A stretch of DNA of 64,000 nt from Candidatus Zipacnadia bacterium (GCA_029820565.1 JALGUR010000022.1:17731-81730), one strand, 5' to 3'. Positions 38,635-48,862 are shown, numbered from the stretch's first letter. Notes: generated by a model not told the origin, from the sequence alone. Made by a program: numbers and translations.

Positions 38635-38669
38635 GTGGTGACTCAACAGGAATTGCTACCTAACAAGTT

Positions 38670-38699
38670 TTGACAACGGCAGAGCAAAACGCCTATAAT
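38670..38699 (+). promoter_or_regulatory. sigma70 promoter upstream of pyrF
   Basis: TTGACA-18 nt-TATAAT. Confidence 0.65.
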
Positions 38700-38790
38700 T
38701 CTCCCAACTAACTGTTTTGTCGCGGGGGCCAGGTTCTCCAACCTCGGCGCATCGTGCCGCGAGTAGGCCTGCGGGAAAAGTGAGTTACCT

Positions 38791-39681
38791 ATGCCGAATT
38801 TCGCCGATAGACTATGGGCAGCAGTTAAAGATAAGAGCAGCCGCGTCTGTGTGGGTTTGGATCCGCGCTTGGATCGCCTGCCAGCTCACCTTGAGAAGCA
38901 GAACGACACGCCGGCTCAGGCAGTGGAGCAATTCTGTTGTCAAATTGTAGACGCCGTTGCGCAACATTGTGTGGCCACAAAACTACAGGCCGCCTATTTT
39001 GAAATACTGCAGGATGAGGGCTTGCGTGTGCTATGGTCGGTGGCCGAGCATGCTCGGCGCCAGGGCCTGATAGTGATAATTGATGGCAAGCGCAACGATA
39101 TCGGCTCAACCGCGCAGGCTTATGCCGAAGCGTATCTGCACCAATACAGTCCTGCTGATGCTATTACGGTGAATCCTTATCTGGGTATTGACGGGGTCAA
39201 ACCGTTCATTGAAATGGCGGCCGAGACAGGGCGCGGCTTATTCGTGCTGGTGAAGACGTCAAATCCATCGTCGGGCCAACTCCAGGATTTACCCGTGCAG
39301 ACTGAAAGCGGTCAGAAACTGGTCTACGAGCATATCGCTGACCTGGTCGGTGAGTGGGGCGAGCCGCTCATTGGCGAGTCTGGCTACTCGTCGGTGGGAG
39401 CGGTAATAGGCGCTACTTATCCTCAGCAGTTGGCGGAACTGCGGGAACGCCTACCCCACGTGCCATTCCTGGTGCCTGGCTACGGAGCTCAGGGCGCCAC
39501 GGCAGAAGATATCGCTTTAGCCTTTGATGACAACGGCCAGGGAGTGATTGTCAATTCGTCACGGGGCATAATATTTGCTTACCAGCAGTCGGAAGCGCCG
39601 CCCGAACGGTTTGCCGAGGCCGCCGCCCAGGCAGCGGCAAAGATGAAGCAGGAAATTAACTACGTCGTGAAGGAGATATAA
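38791..39681 (+). CDS. pyrF: orotidine-5'-phosphate decarboxylase (type 2)
   Basis: VCVGLDP, DGKRNDIGST, VKTSNP, LVPGYGAQG and NSSRGI motifs. Confidence 0.96.
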   Translation: MPNFADRLWAAVKDKSSRVCVGLDPRLDRLPAHLEKQNDTPAQAVEQFCCQIVDAVAQHCVATKLQAAYFEILQDEGLRVLWSVAEHARRQGLIVIIDGKRNDIGSTAQAYAEAYLHQYSPADAITVNPYLGIDGVKPFIEMAAETGRGLFVLVKTSNPSSGQLQDLPVQTESGQKLVYEHIADLVGEWGEPLIGESGYSSVGAVIGATYPQQLAELRERLPHVPFLVPGYGAQGATAEDIALAFDDNGQGVIVNSSRGIIFAYQQSEAPPERFAEAAAQAAAKMKQEINYVVKEI

Positions 39682-39682
39682 G

Positions 39683-41077
39683 ATTATTAAATGTGGAATT
39701 CGCCTTCTATTAGCCTCGGCGATTGTGGGGGCCCTGGTCGTTGCCAACATCGCCACCGCCCAAGCGGATGCTTTGCAAGACGCTCTGAACAAGCAACGAG
39801 ATTTCAATGCGGTGCAGGTCATATATCGCCACGGTGTCCCGCACACGGACAGGCGGGGCCGGCTCATGACGGCATATGATCCCGACCGGTCCTTTTTCCA
39901 GATCGCCGTGTGGGGTACGCCCTTGGACAAAGTGTACGGACATGAATACGACCTCACCGTCCTTAAGGAGGCTGGTTTGAACACGGTCTGGCCCTGGCCT
40001 ATGTACTCGCCGGAATCGGCTCTTGAGTTGGCTCAGAAAGCCGAACTCCAGGTAGTTCTAATGAACAAACTCAATGAAGAAGAACTGGAACAGGTAAAAG
40101 ATCATCCCCATCTGCTCGGGAATATGTGGATGGATGAACCGATCGGCAGACTGGGGTCCGTGGATATGGACGAACTGTTCGGCGAATTCCTAGCCTATAA
40201 GGAGACAGCGAATCGGATAGCGCCGGACATACCGGTATTCATCAATGACGCACCCTGGATAATGGCACCGGCAACTGCCTGGTGGGTGAAGTGGAATACC
40301 GCGGGCGATGTTTCCTGCCACGACAACTACCCGGTAATGCACCGCCGCGGGCGTGTCAAGTCTATAGGAGCTGAGCCCAACGGCGTCCCTCAGTCCGTGT
40401 CGCTGGCTGTAGCTGCTAATCAGGAGCAAAAACCAGTCTGGCTAATTGTCGGCGCTTTCGATACTCCCAGTTCCTGGGGCGCTGCCTTCCCATTCCGTTA
40501 CCCGACCCCAGAGCAATTGTGTGCTTGCGTATATGCCGGCATAATTCATGGCGCTACGGGCATTATCTACTTCACATGGGATACTTACATTTCCCGTGAT
40601 GGAGCTGTCATCGGAATGTCGCCGGACCCACAGGTCGCCTATGTCCCCAATCCTCGGCAAGAGAATTATCCGCATCCGACGCCCGCCACGCCACTGCAAA
40701 TGGTCAAGGGCCGGTCCCTGTGGGAGACCGCCACGCAAATCAACAAGGAACTGAGGGACCTAACCCCTGCCATTCTGTCACCAACCGTAGGAGACGAGGT
40801 CAAGTATACGGTAAACGTGGAGGGAGAGTCGCCCACGGAGATGCCCATACGGTGCCTGCTCAAGCCTCATCCAGATGGCGGGTACGTGCTGCTGACGGTC
40901 AATATTGACGACGCGGTGCTAAACGTCACCTACAGTTTCCCCCAGCCGCTGGCGCAAGTGCACGTGCTTTACGAGAACAGACAGCCGGAAAAGCTTGAAC
41001 CCGACTCCAGCAGCTTTACTCTGATGTACGATCCGTTTGCCACCCACGTCGTTCGTATTCATTTGGGCGAATCTTAG
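39683..41077 (+). CDS. secreted glycoside hydrolase-like TIM-barrel protein, apparent ATT start
   Basis: AGLNTV, MDEP, HDNYP and IIHGATGIIYF motifs; the signal peptide extends upstream of the track's GTG (39725) to ATT codons behind AAGGAG. Confidence 0.65.
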   Translation: MIKCGIRLLLASAIVGALVVANIATAQADALQDALNKQRDFNAVQVIYRHGVPHTDRRGRLMTAYDPDRSFFQIAVWGTPLDKVYGHEYDLTVLKEAGLNTVWPWPMYSPESALELAQKAELQVVLMNKLNEEELEQVKDHPHLLGNMWMDEPIGRLGSVDMDELFGEFLAYKETANRIAPDIPVFINDAPWIMAPATAWWVKWNTAGDVSCHDNYPVMHRRGRVKSIGAEPNGVPQSVSLAVAANQEQKPVWLIVGAFDTPSSWGAAFPFRYPTPEQLCACVYAGIIHGATGIIYFTWDTYISRDGAVIGMSPDPQVAYVPNPRQENYPHPTPATPLQMVKGRSLWETATQINKELRDLTPAILSPTVGDEVKYTVNVEGESPTEMPIRCLLKPHPDGGYVLLTVNIDDAVLNVTYSFPQPLAQVHVLYENRQPEKLEPDSSSFTLMYDPFATHVVRIHLGES

Positions 41078-41124
41078 CAGCAGGATGATCGCAAGCCCGT
41101 CTCAACTCAGAGGAGAATGCGAAT

Positions 41125-42111
41125 ATGGACACCCTGGCCGGGCGGAGTTTGATATCAATACAGGATTTTTCTAACGAGGAAATCCTCAGTCTTCTGGGCC
41201 TCGCCGAGAAGATGGCTGAAGCGCTGGGTTGGGAGAACACTGATGATCGCCAGGGCCCTGAACCGCTGGACGCCATCTTGGCCACTCTGTTTTTTGAGCC
41301 CTCCACCCGTACCCGGATGTCCTTTGAGTCGGCGATGCTGCGTCTGGGTGGTGGCGTGATCAGCATGGCTGAGGCCAAGGCCACCTCAGCGGCCAAGGGC
41401 GAAAGCCTCGCCGATACGGCCCAGATCATCAGTGGTTACTGTGATATTATTGTAGTCCGCCACTCCGAAGCAGGCTCAGCTCAGATAGTGGCCGATAATG
41501 CCACCGTGCCGGTGATAAATGCTGGCGATGGCACCCGCGAACACCCCACCCAGGCGCTGACTGACCTGTTCTGCCTACGGCGCCATAAAGGCACTCTCAG
41601 CGGGCTGAAAGTGGGACTATGCGGGGACCTGAAGTATGGGCGAACGGTGCATTCCCTGGCCCCGGCCCTGGCCCGAATGGGCTGCGAGTTGGTGTTCATC
41701 TCACCACCGGCGCTGGCTATGCCGCCTGAGATTGTCAATGACGTCCAGCAACACAGTAGTGCGTCACCAGTTCAAAGTGAAGAATTACAAGGCGCTCTGG
41801 CCGACCTGGATATGTTGTATATGACCCGCATTCAACGAGAGCGGTTTGAGGATCCCGCCGAGTACGAGCGATACAAGGGCGTATACGTGTTGGATAAAGC
41901 AACTATGAAGCAGGCCCCGGATGATATGCTAATAATGCACCCCTTGCCCCGGGTGGACGAGATTAGCCCCGAAATTGACGATGACCCCCGCGCCCTATAC
42001 TTTGAGCAGGCCACTGGTGGCGTACCAGTGCGGATGGCCTTGATTGCCCTGTTGTTAGGGATAATCGAGCAATCCGAGACCCGGAGATCCGGGCTAACTG
42101 AACCCACTTAG
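41125..42111 (+). CDS. pyrB: aspartate carbamoyltransferase catalytic subunit
   Basis: FFEPSTRTRMSFE, NAGDGTREHPTQAL, YMTRIQRER and MHPLPR motifs. Confidence 0.97.
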   Translation: MDTLAGRSLISIQDFSNEEILSLLGLAEKMAEALGWENTDDRQGPEPLDAILATLFFEPSTRTRMSFESAMLRLGGGVISMAEAKATSAAKGESLADTAQIISGYCDIIVVRHSEAGSAQIVADNATVPVINAGDGTREHPTQALTDLFCLRRHKGTLSGLKVGLCGDLKYGRTVHSLAPALARMGCELVFISPPALAMPPEIVNDVQQHSSASPVQSEELQGALADLDMLYMTRIQRERFEDPAEYERYKGVYVLDKATMKQAPDDMLIMHPLPRVDEISPEIDDDPRALYFEQATGGVPVRMALIALLLGIIEQSETRRSGLTEPT

Positions 42112-42157
42112 GGTTTTATCAGAGTGGTTAGCATCTCCGGGCCTTCACTTGCTACAT

Positions 42158-42946
42158 CTACGTATTCGCAAACTTCTCGGGCAGGGCGCTCTTGACTCCC
42201 TGCACCATTCCCACCGCCGCTTCCCAGTAGGTATCGATATCCTGGCTCAGCGGTATGAAAGTGGAGCCCATCCTGATCTGCTCTATGGCCGCCTCCACGC
42301 TCATCACATGGCGCCCGTAGGGAATGTTGGCGTGGCGACATGCTTCAAATACTCGCCCGATGGCCGCCGTCACCTCGGGGTGATCGCTGTTTCCCCGGTG
42401 CCCTATGGAGGCCGCCAGATCATCGGGGCCAATCAGCACCGCCTCAATGCCCTCAATCTCCAGTATCTGCTCAATGTTTTCTACGGCCTTGCCCCGCTCG
42501 ATCTGGGCAATAACCATAATCATGTCGTTGGCTCCGGCCGTGTACTCGTCGAATTCCATATCCCAGCGATTGGCCCGCGCTGAGCAGATACCCCGCACTC
42601 CCTCAGGACCAAAGCGTGTAGCCGCCACTGCTTCCCTAAACTGCTCGGGCCTCTCCAGCATCGGTATCACCACACCCTTCACCCCCGTGTCCAGAGTTCT
42701 TTTCATGATGCCCCGGTCAGGTGTGGCCACGCGCGCCAACGGTACGGTGCCCGTGCCGGCGCAGTCTATCCCCTGGCAGATGTGCACCAGGTCATCGTAC
42801 GAAATCGTGGAGTGTTCACAGTCCGCCACGATCCAGTCATACCCCACCGAAGCCATCAGCTCCGCCAGAGAACTGTTGTTCAGCGTCAACCAGCCTCCGA
42901 TAGTGGGCATGCCCGCCTTCAGCTTTTCGCGAAGGGGATTAATCAT
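42158..42946 (-). CDS. HpcH/HpaI aldolase family protein
   Basis: DWIVADCEHS, LDTG, AQIE and IGPDDL motifs. Confidence 0.92.
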   Translation of the reverse strand: MINPLREKLKAGMPTIGGWLTLNNSSLAELMASVGYDWIVADCEHSTISYDDLVHICQGIDCAGTGTVPLARVATPDRGIMKRTLDTGVKGVVIPMLERPEQFREAVAATRFGPEGVRGICSARANRWDMEFDEYTAGANDMIMVIAQIERGKAVENIEQILEIEGIEAVLIGPDDLAASIGHRGNSDHPEVTAAIGRVFEACRHANIPYGRHVMSVEAAIEQIRMGSTFIPLSQDIDTYWEAAVGMVQGVKSALPEKFANT

Positions 42947-43206
42947 AGTCCCTACCTCCTGTTTGGTCGTGAGTGTGTGGTCATGCTATTGGTTCTCCGA
43001 ACCCCGTCCGATGGCCTTCAACCTCGCTTTGTCATTCAATACTATTGCCCAACCTACCTCTCACAATTGCGAGGCCGTTGCGAAAGCCACCTGTCATTGT
43101 TGCAGGGCGGGCTTGATGTCAACACAGTGGTGTGCCAGAATCATCGGTAGTAGTTGGACGATTGTTCTGTGGCAAGAGTGATGTGACTAATGCAAGGTAA
43201 GCCTGT

Positions 43207-44535
43207 TCAGGAAATGCTGATGCGGATCAGTTCGTAGTGTTGGTTGATAACATCCAACTGCGCGGTTAGAGTTTTAATGTCCTGCTGGATCTGAGAGGCC
43301 GAGCGCTGGTTCATCAAGTCGCATACTATCGCTAATCCTCTTGTAGACTGAGGGATGTCCTTGTCCAGCGTGACACTAACTTGGACTGTTCGTCGGCCGG
43401 GAACCGCCGCCAGTTCATAGCCAAGTTGAATGGGCACCGAGTCGCCATTGCTGCCCTCATAAACAATTACCGGAAGGGCCCTAACAGTCACCACCCCTGC
43501 GTTGTGAAGTGATACCGCCACCCGGGGAGGAGGCCCGGGTAGAAATCTCACCTGCTTGATGGATAGTTCAGCCTCTACGCGGTTCACCTTCAAAGCGGAT
43601 AGCGGGTCAACCAGACCCCAGCCCCGCTTGAGTGACCAAGTCTGATCACCAGCAGTTGCCGTCAGGACGGTCCGCACTTGGCCGGCATCCCATTCGGGAT
43701 GCTGCGAGAACAGTAGAGCAGCAATTCCCGAAATGTGGGCAATTGCCGGACAGCCGCCGCTGATCTCTTTGTAGCCATGATCGCTTGAAATACAGGAAAG
43801 TACGCCATAGGCGCGGGCACCCGGCTGCGCACTGCTGCCCCAGGCTCCGGGAGGATAGTCGCGGAAGCCGCCCGGGGCCATGATCTGAGTCACCGGGCCA
43901 TAGTCCGCAAAATCAGACGCATTGCCTTGTTTGTCACAGGGCGCTACGTTGAAGACCCCGGGATACACCGAAGGATATCCCAAGCAGCATTGAGCACCGT
44001 TGCCTCCGGTAGCCGACACTATCAGTACGCCATAATCGGCGGCATGCTGACAGGCGTTGAACAGGTCATCGGCGGACGGAATGGTCCACGAACCACGAGG
44101 GGCATCTCGCCCTCGGGCAATGTCCTTCTGGTAGCCAGCGTCGCTCAGGTTTATTACGCGGGCACTTTCCTCCACCGCGATGCGGATACCACAGACCAGG
44201 TGTTGGTCATCATAAGAGTTACAGCGTATAGGCAAAATGCGACACTCTGGGGCAAGCCCGCAGATGCCCATGCCATTATCAATCTGGGCCGCGATGATGC
44301 CGCACATCTGGGTGCCGTGGTCAGCGAATTTCGGCTCTGACCACTGGTTCCACAGGTCAATTGGCTTCAGCATAACGCGTTGGAGGTCTGGGTGTGTCAG
44401 GTGCACACCCCGCTCAATAACTGCTACGCTGACCTCTGCCCTGCCCCGCTGGATTGCCCACACTTCAGGAAATCCTAACATGTGTAGGTTCCACTGCTGC
44501 TCGAAAAGCGGGGCATTGGGCCAGAAACTCGCCAT
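43207..44535 (-). CDS. S8 subtilase-fold protein with an atypical Glu-His-Cys catalytic site and a CARDB-like C-terminal domain
   Basis: PNAPLFEQQW, VAVIERG, HPDL, HGTQMCGIIAA, VINLS, ATGGN, IMAPGG, SGGCPAIAHISGIAALL and GWGLVD motifs. Confidence 0.85.
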   Translation of the reverse strand: MASFWPNAPLFEQQWNLHMLGFPEVWAIQRGRAEVSVAVIERGVHLTHPDLQRVMLKPIDLWNQWSEPKFADHGTQMCGIIAAQIDNGMGICGLAPECRILPIRCNSYDDQHLVCGIRIAVEESARVINLSDAGYQKDIARGRDAPRGSWTIPSADDLFNACQHAADYGVLIVSATGGNGAQCCLGYPSVYPGVFNVAPCDKQGNASDFADYGPVTQIMAPGGFRDYPPGAWGSSAQPGARAYGVLSCISSDHGYKEISGGCPAIAHISGIAALLFSQHPEWDAGQVRTVLTATAGDQTWSLKRGWGLVDPLSALKVNRVEAELSIKQVRFLPGPPPRVAVSLHNAGVVTVRALPVIVYEGSNGDSVPIQLGYELAAVPGRRTVQVSVTLDKDIPQSTRGLAIVCDLMNQRSASQIQQDIKTLTAQLDVINQHYELIRISIS

Positions 44536-44617
44536 AAGTTACCCCTTTGCGCCCTGCCGTAGAGACTATGTCCTCGGCTCTTTACCCACTTCCACACTCA
44601 GCACGACAGTCCTGCCT

Positions 44618-45820
44618 CTACAACATACAGCACTGCTTGTATTTGCGGCCGCTGCCGCAGGGGCAGGGATCATTGCGGTCGGGCGGACCGGCTGTGATAT
44701 GGAGTTGGTCAAGGGGCCGGCGTTCAACCGCTACTTGATGGGCCAGTTGCGCCATACGGCTCTTGCTATAGGCAAATAATGCCCGATAAGCGCGACAGAG
44801 ATAGGTCGGTTGGGCGGGATTGTCAGCAAAGAGAGTGCGATACTTCACACAACCTCCGTGACATATATCCAGCCATCCGCATTCCTGACACTGCTGACTA
44901 TACTGGCTTTTGCGGGCTGCAAATTCTTGGCGGTGGGTAGAAGATAAGATCTCGGATAAGGGCTGCTCGGTAATATTGCCCAGACGCCACTGCGGGTCAC
45001 AGAAAAAGTCGCAAGCGTAAATGTCGCCGTTGTACTCGCAAACAACGTAGTCCGAACAAGAGTCTTTGAATTTGCACGAAGGGATAGTTTCTTCGGCATA
45101 GGTGATGAGAAGTTCGTCAAATAACCGGACATACAGCGAACCAGGCTCAGCGACCCACAGGTCAAACATTTCACACTGGAAATGACCATACTGTCGGGCG
45201 GTTATGGAAAAATCAGCAATCGCCGAGCCGTCCGGGGTAGTCTCCACGCAGGGAATGAATTGCAGATAAGTCAAATCATTGTGCAGGAAGAACTCAGCCA
45301 GCGCCTGGGGATAATCTACATTAGCCTCAGTAAGCAGGACCAAGATATTGAATTCTACCTGGTATTGGCGAAGAGCCTGGATCTCCGCCATCACTTGGCG
45401 GTGCGAGCCCGAGCCGTTGGCGAATGTCCGATAACGGTTATGCATCGGAGCCGGCCCATCCAGGCTGACCCCCACCAGGAACCGATTCTCCGCCAGGAAA
45501 GCAGCCCAGTCCTCATCAATGATGATAGCGTTGGTCTGGAGACTGTTGGTAATCTGCTGGCCTGGTGCTGCCATCTTTTGCTGGAATTCTATTGCCCGCC
45601 GGTAGAAGTCCAGCCCAGCCAGAGTAGGTTCCCCGCCCTGCCAGCAGAATGAGACCGGCTCACCAAAGTCTATCGTCTGGCCTATCAACTCCTCCAGCAC
45701 AGCCTGTGACATTCGGTGGCGCGCAATTTCGGGGTACAGGACAGCCTTGGGGCGATAAAAGCAATACTCGCAGGCCAGGTTACAATCGGCGGAGACTGGC
45801 TTGACCAGGATCTGAACCAT
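44618..45820 (-). CDS. anaerobic sulfatase maturase-type radical SAM/SPASM protein with C-terminal SEC-C motif
   Basis: VKPVSADCNLACEYCFY, WQGGEPTL, QTN, GVSLDGP, SPASM cysteines and RNDPCPCGSGRKYKQCC. Confidence 0.92.
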   Translation of the reverse strand: MVQILVKPVSADCNLACEYCFYRPKAVLYPEIARHRMSQAVLEELIGQTIDFGEPVSFCWQGGEPTLAGLDFYRRAIEFQQKMAAPGQQITNSLQTNAIIIDEDWAAFLAENRFLVGVSLDGPAPMHNRYRTFANGSGSHRQVMAEIQALRQYQVEFNILVLLTEANVDYPQALAEFFLHNDLTYLQFIPCVETTPDGSAIADFSITARQYGHFQCEMFDLWVAEPGSLYVRLFDELLITYAEETIPSCKFKDSCSDYVVCEYNGDIYACDFFCDPQWRLGNITEQPLSEILSSTHRQEFAARKSQYSQQCQECGWLDICHGGCVKYRTLFADNPAQPTYLCRAYRALFAYSKSRMAQLAHQVAVERRPLDQLHITAGPPDRNDPCPCGSGRKYKQCCML

Positions 45821-45934
45821 TGAGTTAATAGTTGGCTAACAGCCTATGTACCACCAATTTAGTCCTGATAAGGTAATAATCACTAAGACTCGGCAGTAGT
45901 CTCCACCAACTCTCGTCCCCAGCCGACGGTGGCC

Positions 45935-46028
45935 AGGCACAACCGATGAGCAAATAGACAATCGGTGCTTTCTTAAGTTCTTTAGCCAACTGCCCCACAT
46001 GAAGCTGCTCATATTGTCTGTTGGACAT
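45935..46028 (-). pseudogene. N-terminal remnant of a creatininase-family gene
   Basis: MSNRQYEQLHVGQLAKELKKAPIVYLLIG resembles the creatininase start that normally continues into xxEWHG; similarity stops there. Confidence 0.5.
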
Positions 46029-47739
46029 TACTGTTTCTCCGAGAATGCGACAATATGTTTTACCATCTGGGCACGGATATCTTGAATGGATTCTGTCTCG
46101 CTGATCAACTGATCCCGTTCCTTCAGGTCGGCCAGCCAATTCTCAGCCTGTTTTATGGCCACGGCATCCGGATTGGTCTTCTTGGCGGCTTCCAGACAGT
46201 CAAGTAGAGTAGATAAGTAGCGCAAATCATCCTTGGCCTCACGCATGGTCTCCCACTTGATAGTCGGCACCGGCTCGCCCTTGCTCACCGGCACCGTCCA
46301 AGCCAGAGACCGCGCCTCGAGGAAGTCCCAACTGTTGGCGGCGAAGCGCCATTGATAGGCGAAATCACAAGAGCCATCAAAGCCTCGACGATGACCCGCT
46401 TGCCGGCCTGGTGCCACTTGGCAACCTCTGTGCGGGCCTCTTCGTCTCCATAGGCCTCGCCGAACAGGTTGGGCAGGTCTATCCAATCCAGCAGGTACTC
46501 GCTTGCCGGAACGATGACGCTCAACGCGGTCCAGGCCTTAACCCCGAGGCTGTGGCGCTGCTCGCAGTCCTGCCGAACACGGTCCAGGTCGGCCATCTTG
46601 GGCTCGTCCTGCAGCATGATGTAGATGTCGTCGTAGCCGGCGGCGCGCAAGTAGGCCACAGACTCCTCATTGGCGTAAGCCTGTACTACACTGACATAAG
46701 TGTGGCCGTTGCCGAAGCCGGTCTGCTTCATGAGGCGCACGGCTCGTTCTGGTGGGCAATACCAGCCCACATTACCAACGCCGTGCGCGGCCATATCCCG
46801 GATATCGGCAATTATCTGTTCATCGGTTTTGTAAAACGGGTGCACAAACGTACGACCACCATTCATCCAATGCTGATAGACTGAGGGGCTCTCATTTCTG
46901 ACCCGCTCCCTCAGTTCCGGTTTCTCTTCCCTCAAATAAGCGTCTTTGTAACCACCAGCATAGTACAGCCAACAAAACCACCGCGACTCCGAGAGACGGA
47001 AGGGCAAAACTTGCACTTTCAAAGGCAGGGAAATGCTGGAGACATTGGCAGCCTTGATGGTCACCGTCCCCTCATATATGCCTGGGACGGCGTCTTCGGG
47101 CACGTGCACTGTCAGCCAGAACTGCTTGAGCTCTTGGGCAACCAAATCAACCGGCAGCAAGGCTGAAGAATCGTGCATATCATGGCGCGCATACTTCAGG
47201 ACGTTGTAGCCTACGCTGTACCTGCTGCCGAAGTGCACCGAGGTCAGCAGCTCATCGTCACGCAGCAGCAGGAGCGGCACGTACACCCAATTTTTTACCA
47301 AGTCGCCGCCGGTGTGGTCGGGAACAGTGACATACGCCCACTTGACGACCCGAATGTCCACCGTCGAGGAAGGTATGGTGTTGGTGGCGCAGCGCAGTGC
47401 GCTGACCTCCAACGTCACGCCTTGCAGGTCTTTGGTGGGCCAGATAGCCAGGCTGCCTGGCTCGTATTCGCCGGGAGCCGCGAAGATGCACATGTCCCTG
47501 CAAGTTGATTCCTTGGGAGGGGTCACGGCTGGCTGCTCAAGGGTCGGCTGATTCAGACCCCACCACCAGCCGCCCTCCTGCCCATAGTTGTACGGAGCAA
47601 CGCCGAATACCACGATCTGCTCATTTTGCGGTAGCTCCTCCCAGGGCACAGCCGTACTGCGCACCACTTCGGACCTCTGGGCCGGCCCCGGTAGGGCGGT
47701 GATAAGCAATACCATCGCCGCCATAATCCAGGTTATCAT
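46028..47739 (-). pseudogene. large secreted glycoside hydrolase-like (GH123/DUF4091-style) protein, frameshifted near 46385
   Basis: Signal peptide; AAPGEYEPGS, QFWLTVHVPEDA-PG-Y-G and QDEP in frame 1; GFDG..DFAYQ and PTIKWETMREAKDDLRYL in frame 2. Confidence 0.7.
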
Positions 47740-47823
47740 TTTCCCGCACTCGTCCTTTGCTAAGCGCTCTCGCATTTAAGGCACCTCTATATGGTAGCAT
47801 GCGGGAATTGGTGGGGTAGACTG

Positions 47824-48828
47824 CTAACTATTCAACTTTACAACCTGGCCAGTTTTGACCGACTCCAGTGCGGCCAGAGAGACCCGCAACGCAGCCAAGC
47901 CATCCTCGCCTGAGGCGAAGGGTGGCTTATCCTCGCGTATGGCTGCGGCAAAGGCGGCAATCTCATCTACATACATGTCGTTCTCCGCTCGCTCCAGGAC
48001 GGTCTCCTCTTCCTCCCGGGTGCGGAGCACAACGCGCTCCCCCTCAATCAGTTCTATGACGCCGTCTGGGCCCATGATGTGCTCCACAGAAGAGGTGGAA
48101 GTGCCCCGCGGTAGGCCCCAACTCAGCGAAAGCATGCCAATATCCCCCGAGGCGAACTGGACAATGATTGTGGCTGTGTCTATCTCGGAGTCAATGCCAG
48201 CAAGCTCCGCCGCACCCGCAGAGAAGGTCTGCCCCATAGCCATCACGGTGGTCGGCTCCGATTTAAACAACTGTCGCCACTGGTCAAAATAATGAGGGCC
48301 TATGTCAACCAGCGGTCCACCGCTCATCACCTTGTCATGAATCCAGGACTTGTAGCGAATTTCTATGCCCGAGACCACGCGATACATGGTCGGGCGTCCG
48401 ATGGTTCTATCGTTTACCAGTTGCGCAATCTTTCTGCCCGGTTCCCAGAACCGCTTACACAGGGCCACGCCGAATTTCACCCCGTTGCGCTCGCGGGCGG
48501 CGATCATCGCCTTAGCACCGTCTATAGTCGTGGCTATTGGTTTCTCGCAGAAGACGTGATAGCCCAAGTCCATCGCGGCCACACTCATCTCTGAGTGCAG
48601 ATAGTTAGGCACGCAGACCGATACCACGTCAACACCGGGCTGCTGGAGGCCCTCGCGGTAGTCAGTGAACCACGCCGGGAAGCCGAAGTCAGCATAGGCG
48701 GCCTTCGCTCGGTCTTCCTGAATATCTACCGTGGCTGCCAACTCGGCACCTTCCACCTGTTGCCAGCACTCGGCGTGCTTGCGCCCCAAGTCACCAGCGC
48801 CAATCACGCATACTCCGATTGGTTGCAT
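47824..48828 (-). CDS. Gfo/Idh/MocA family oxidoreductase
   Basis: VIGAG, HVFCEKP and GGPLVDIGPH motifs. Confidence 0.92.
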   Translation of the reverse strand: MQPIGVCVIGAGDLGRKHAECWQQVEGAELAATVDIQEDRAKAAYADFGFPAWFTDYREGLQQPGVDVVSVCVPNYLHSEMSVAAMDLGYHVFCEKPIATTIDGAKAMIAARERNGVKFGVALCKRFWEPGRKIAQLVNDRTIGRPTMYRVVSGIEIRYKSWIHDKVMSGGPLVDIGPHYFDQWRQLFKSEPTTVMAMGQTFSAGAAELAGIDSEIDTATIIVQFASGDIGMLSLSWGLPRGTSTSSVEHIMGPDGVIELIEGERVVLRTREEEETVLERAENDMYVDEIAAFAAAIREDKPPFASGEDGLAALRVSLAALESVKTGQVVKLNS

Positions 48829-48862
48829 TCTGTTTCACTCCTTATTCCGTCATTTATCTTCC

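Noticed and set aside
38700-38790. PyrR attenuator or nucleotide-sensing leader before pyrF
   Set aside because: No PyrR-binding consensus or terminator/antiterminator pair is visible; the short hairpin resembles the REP family.
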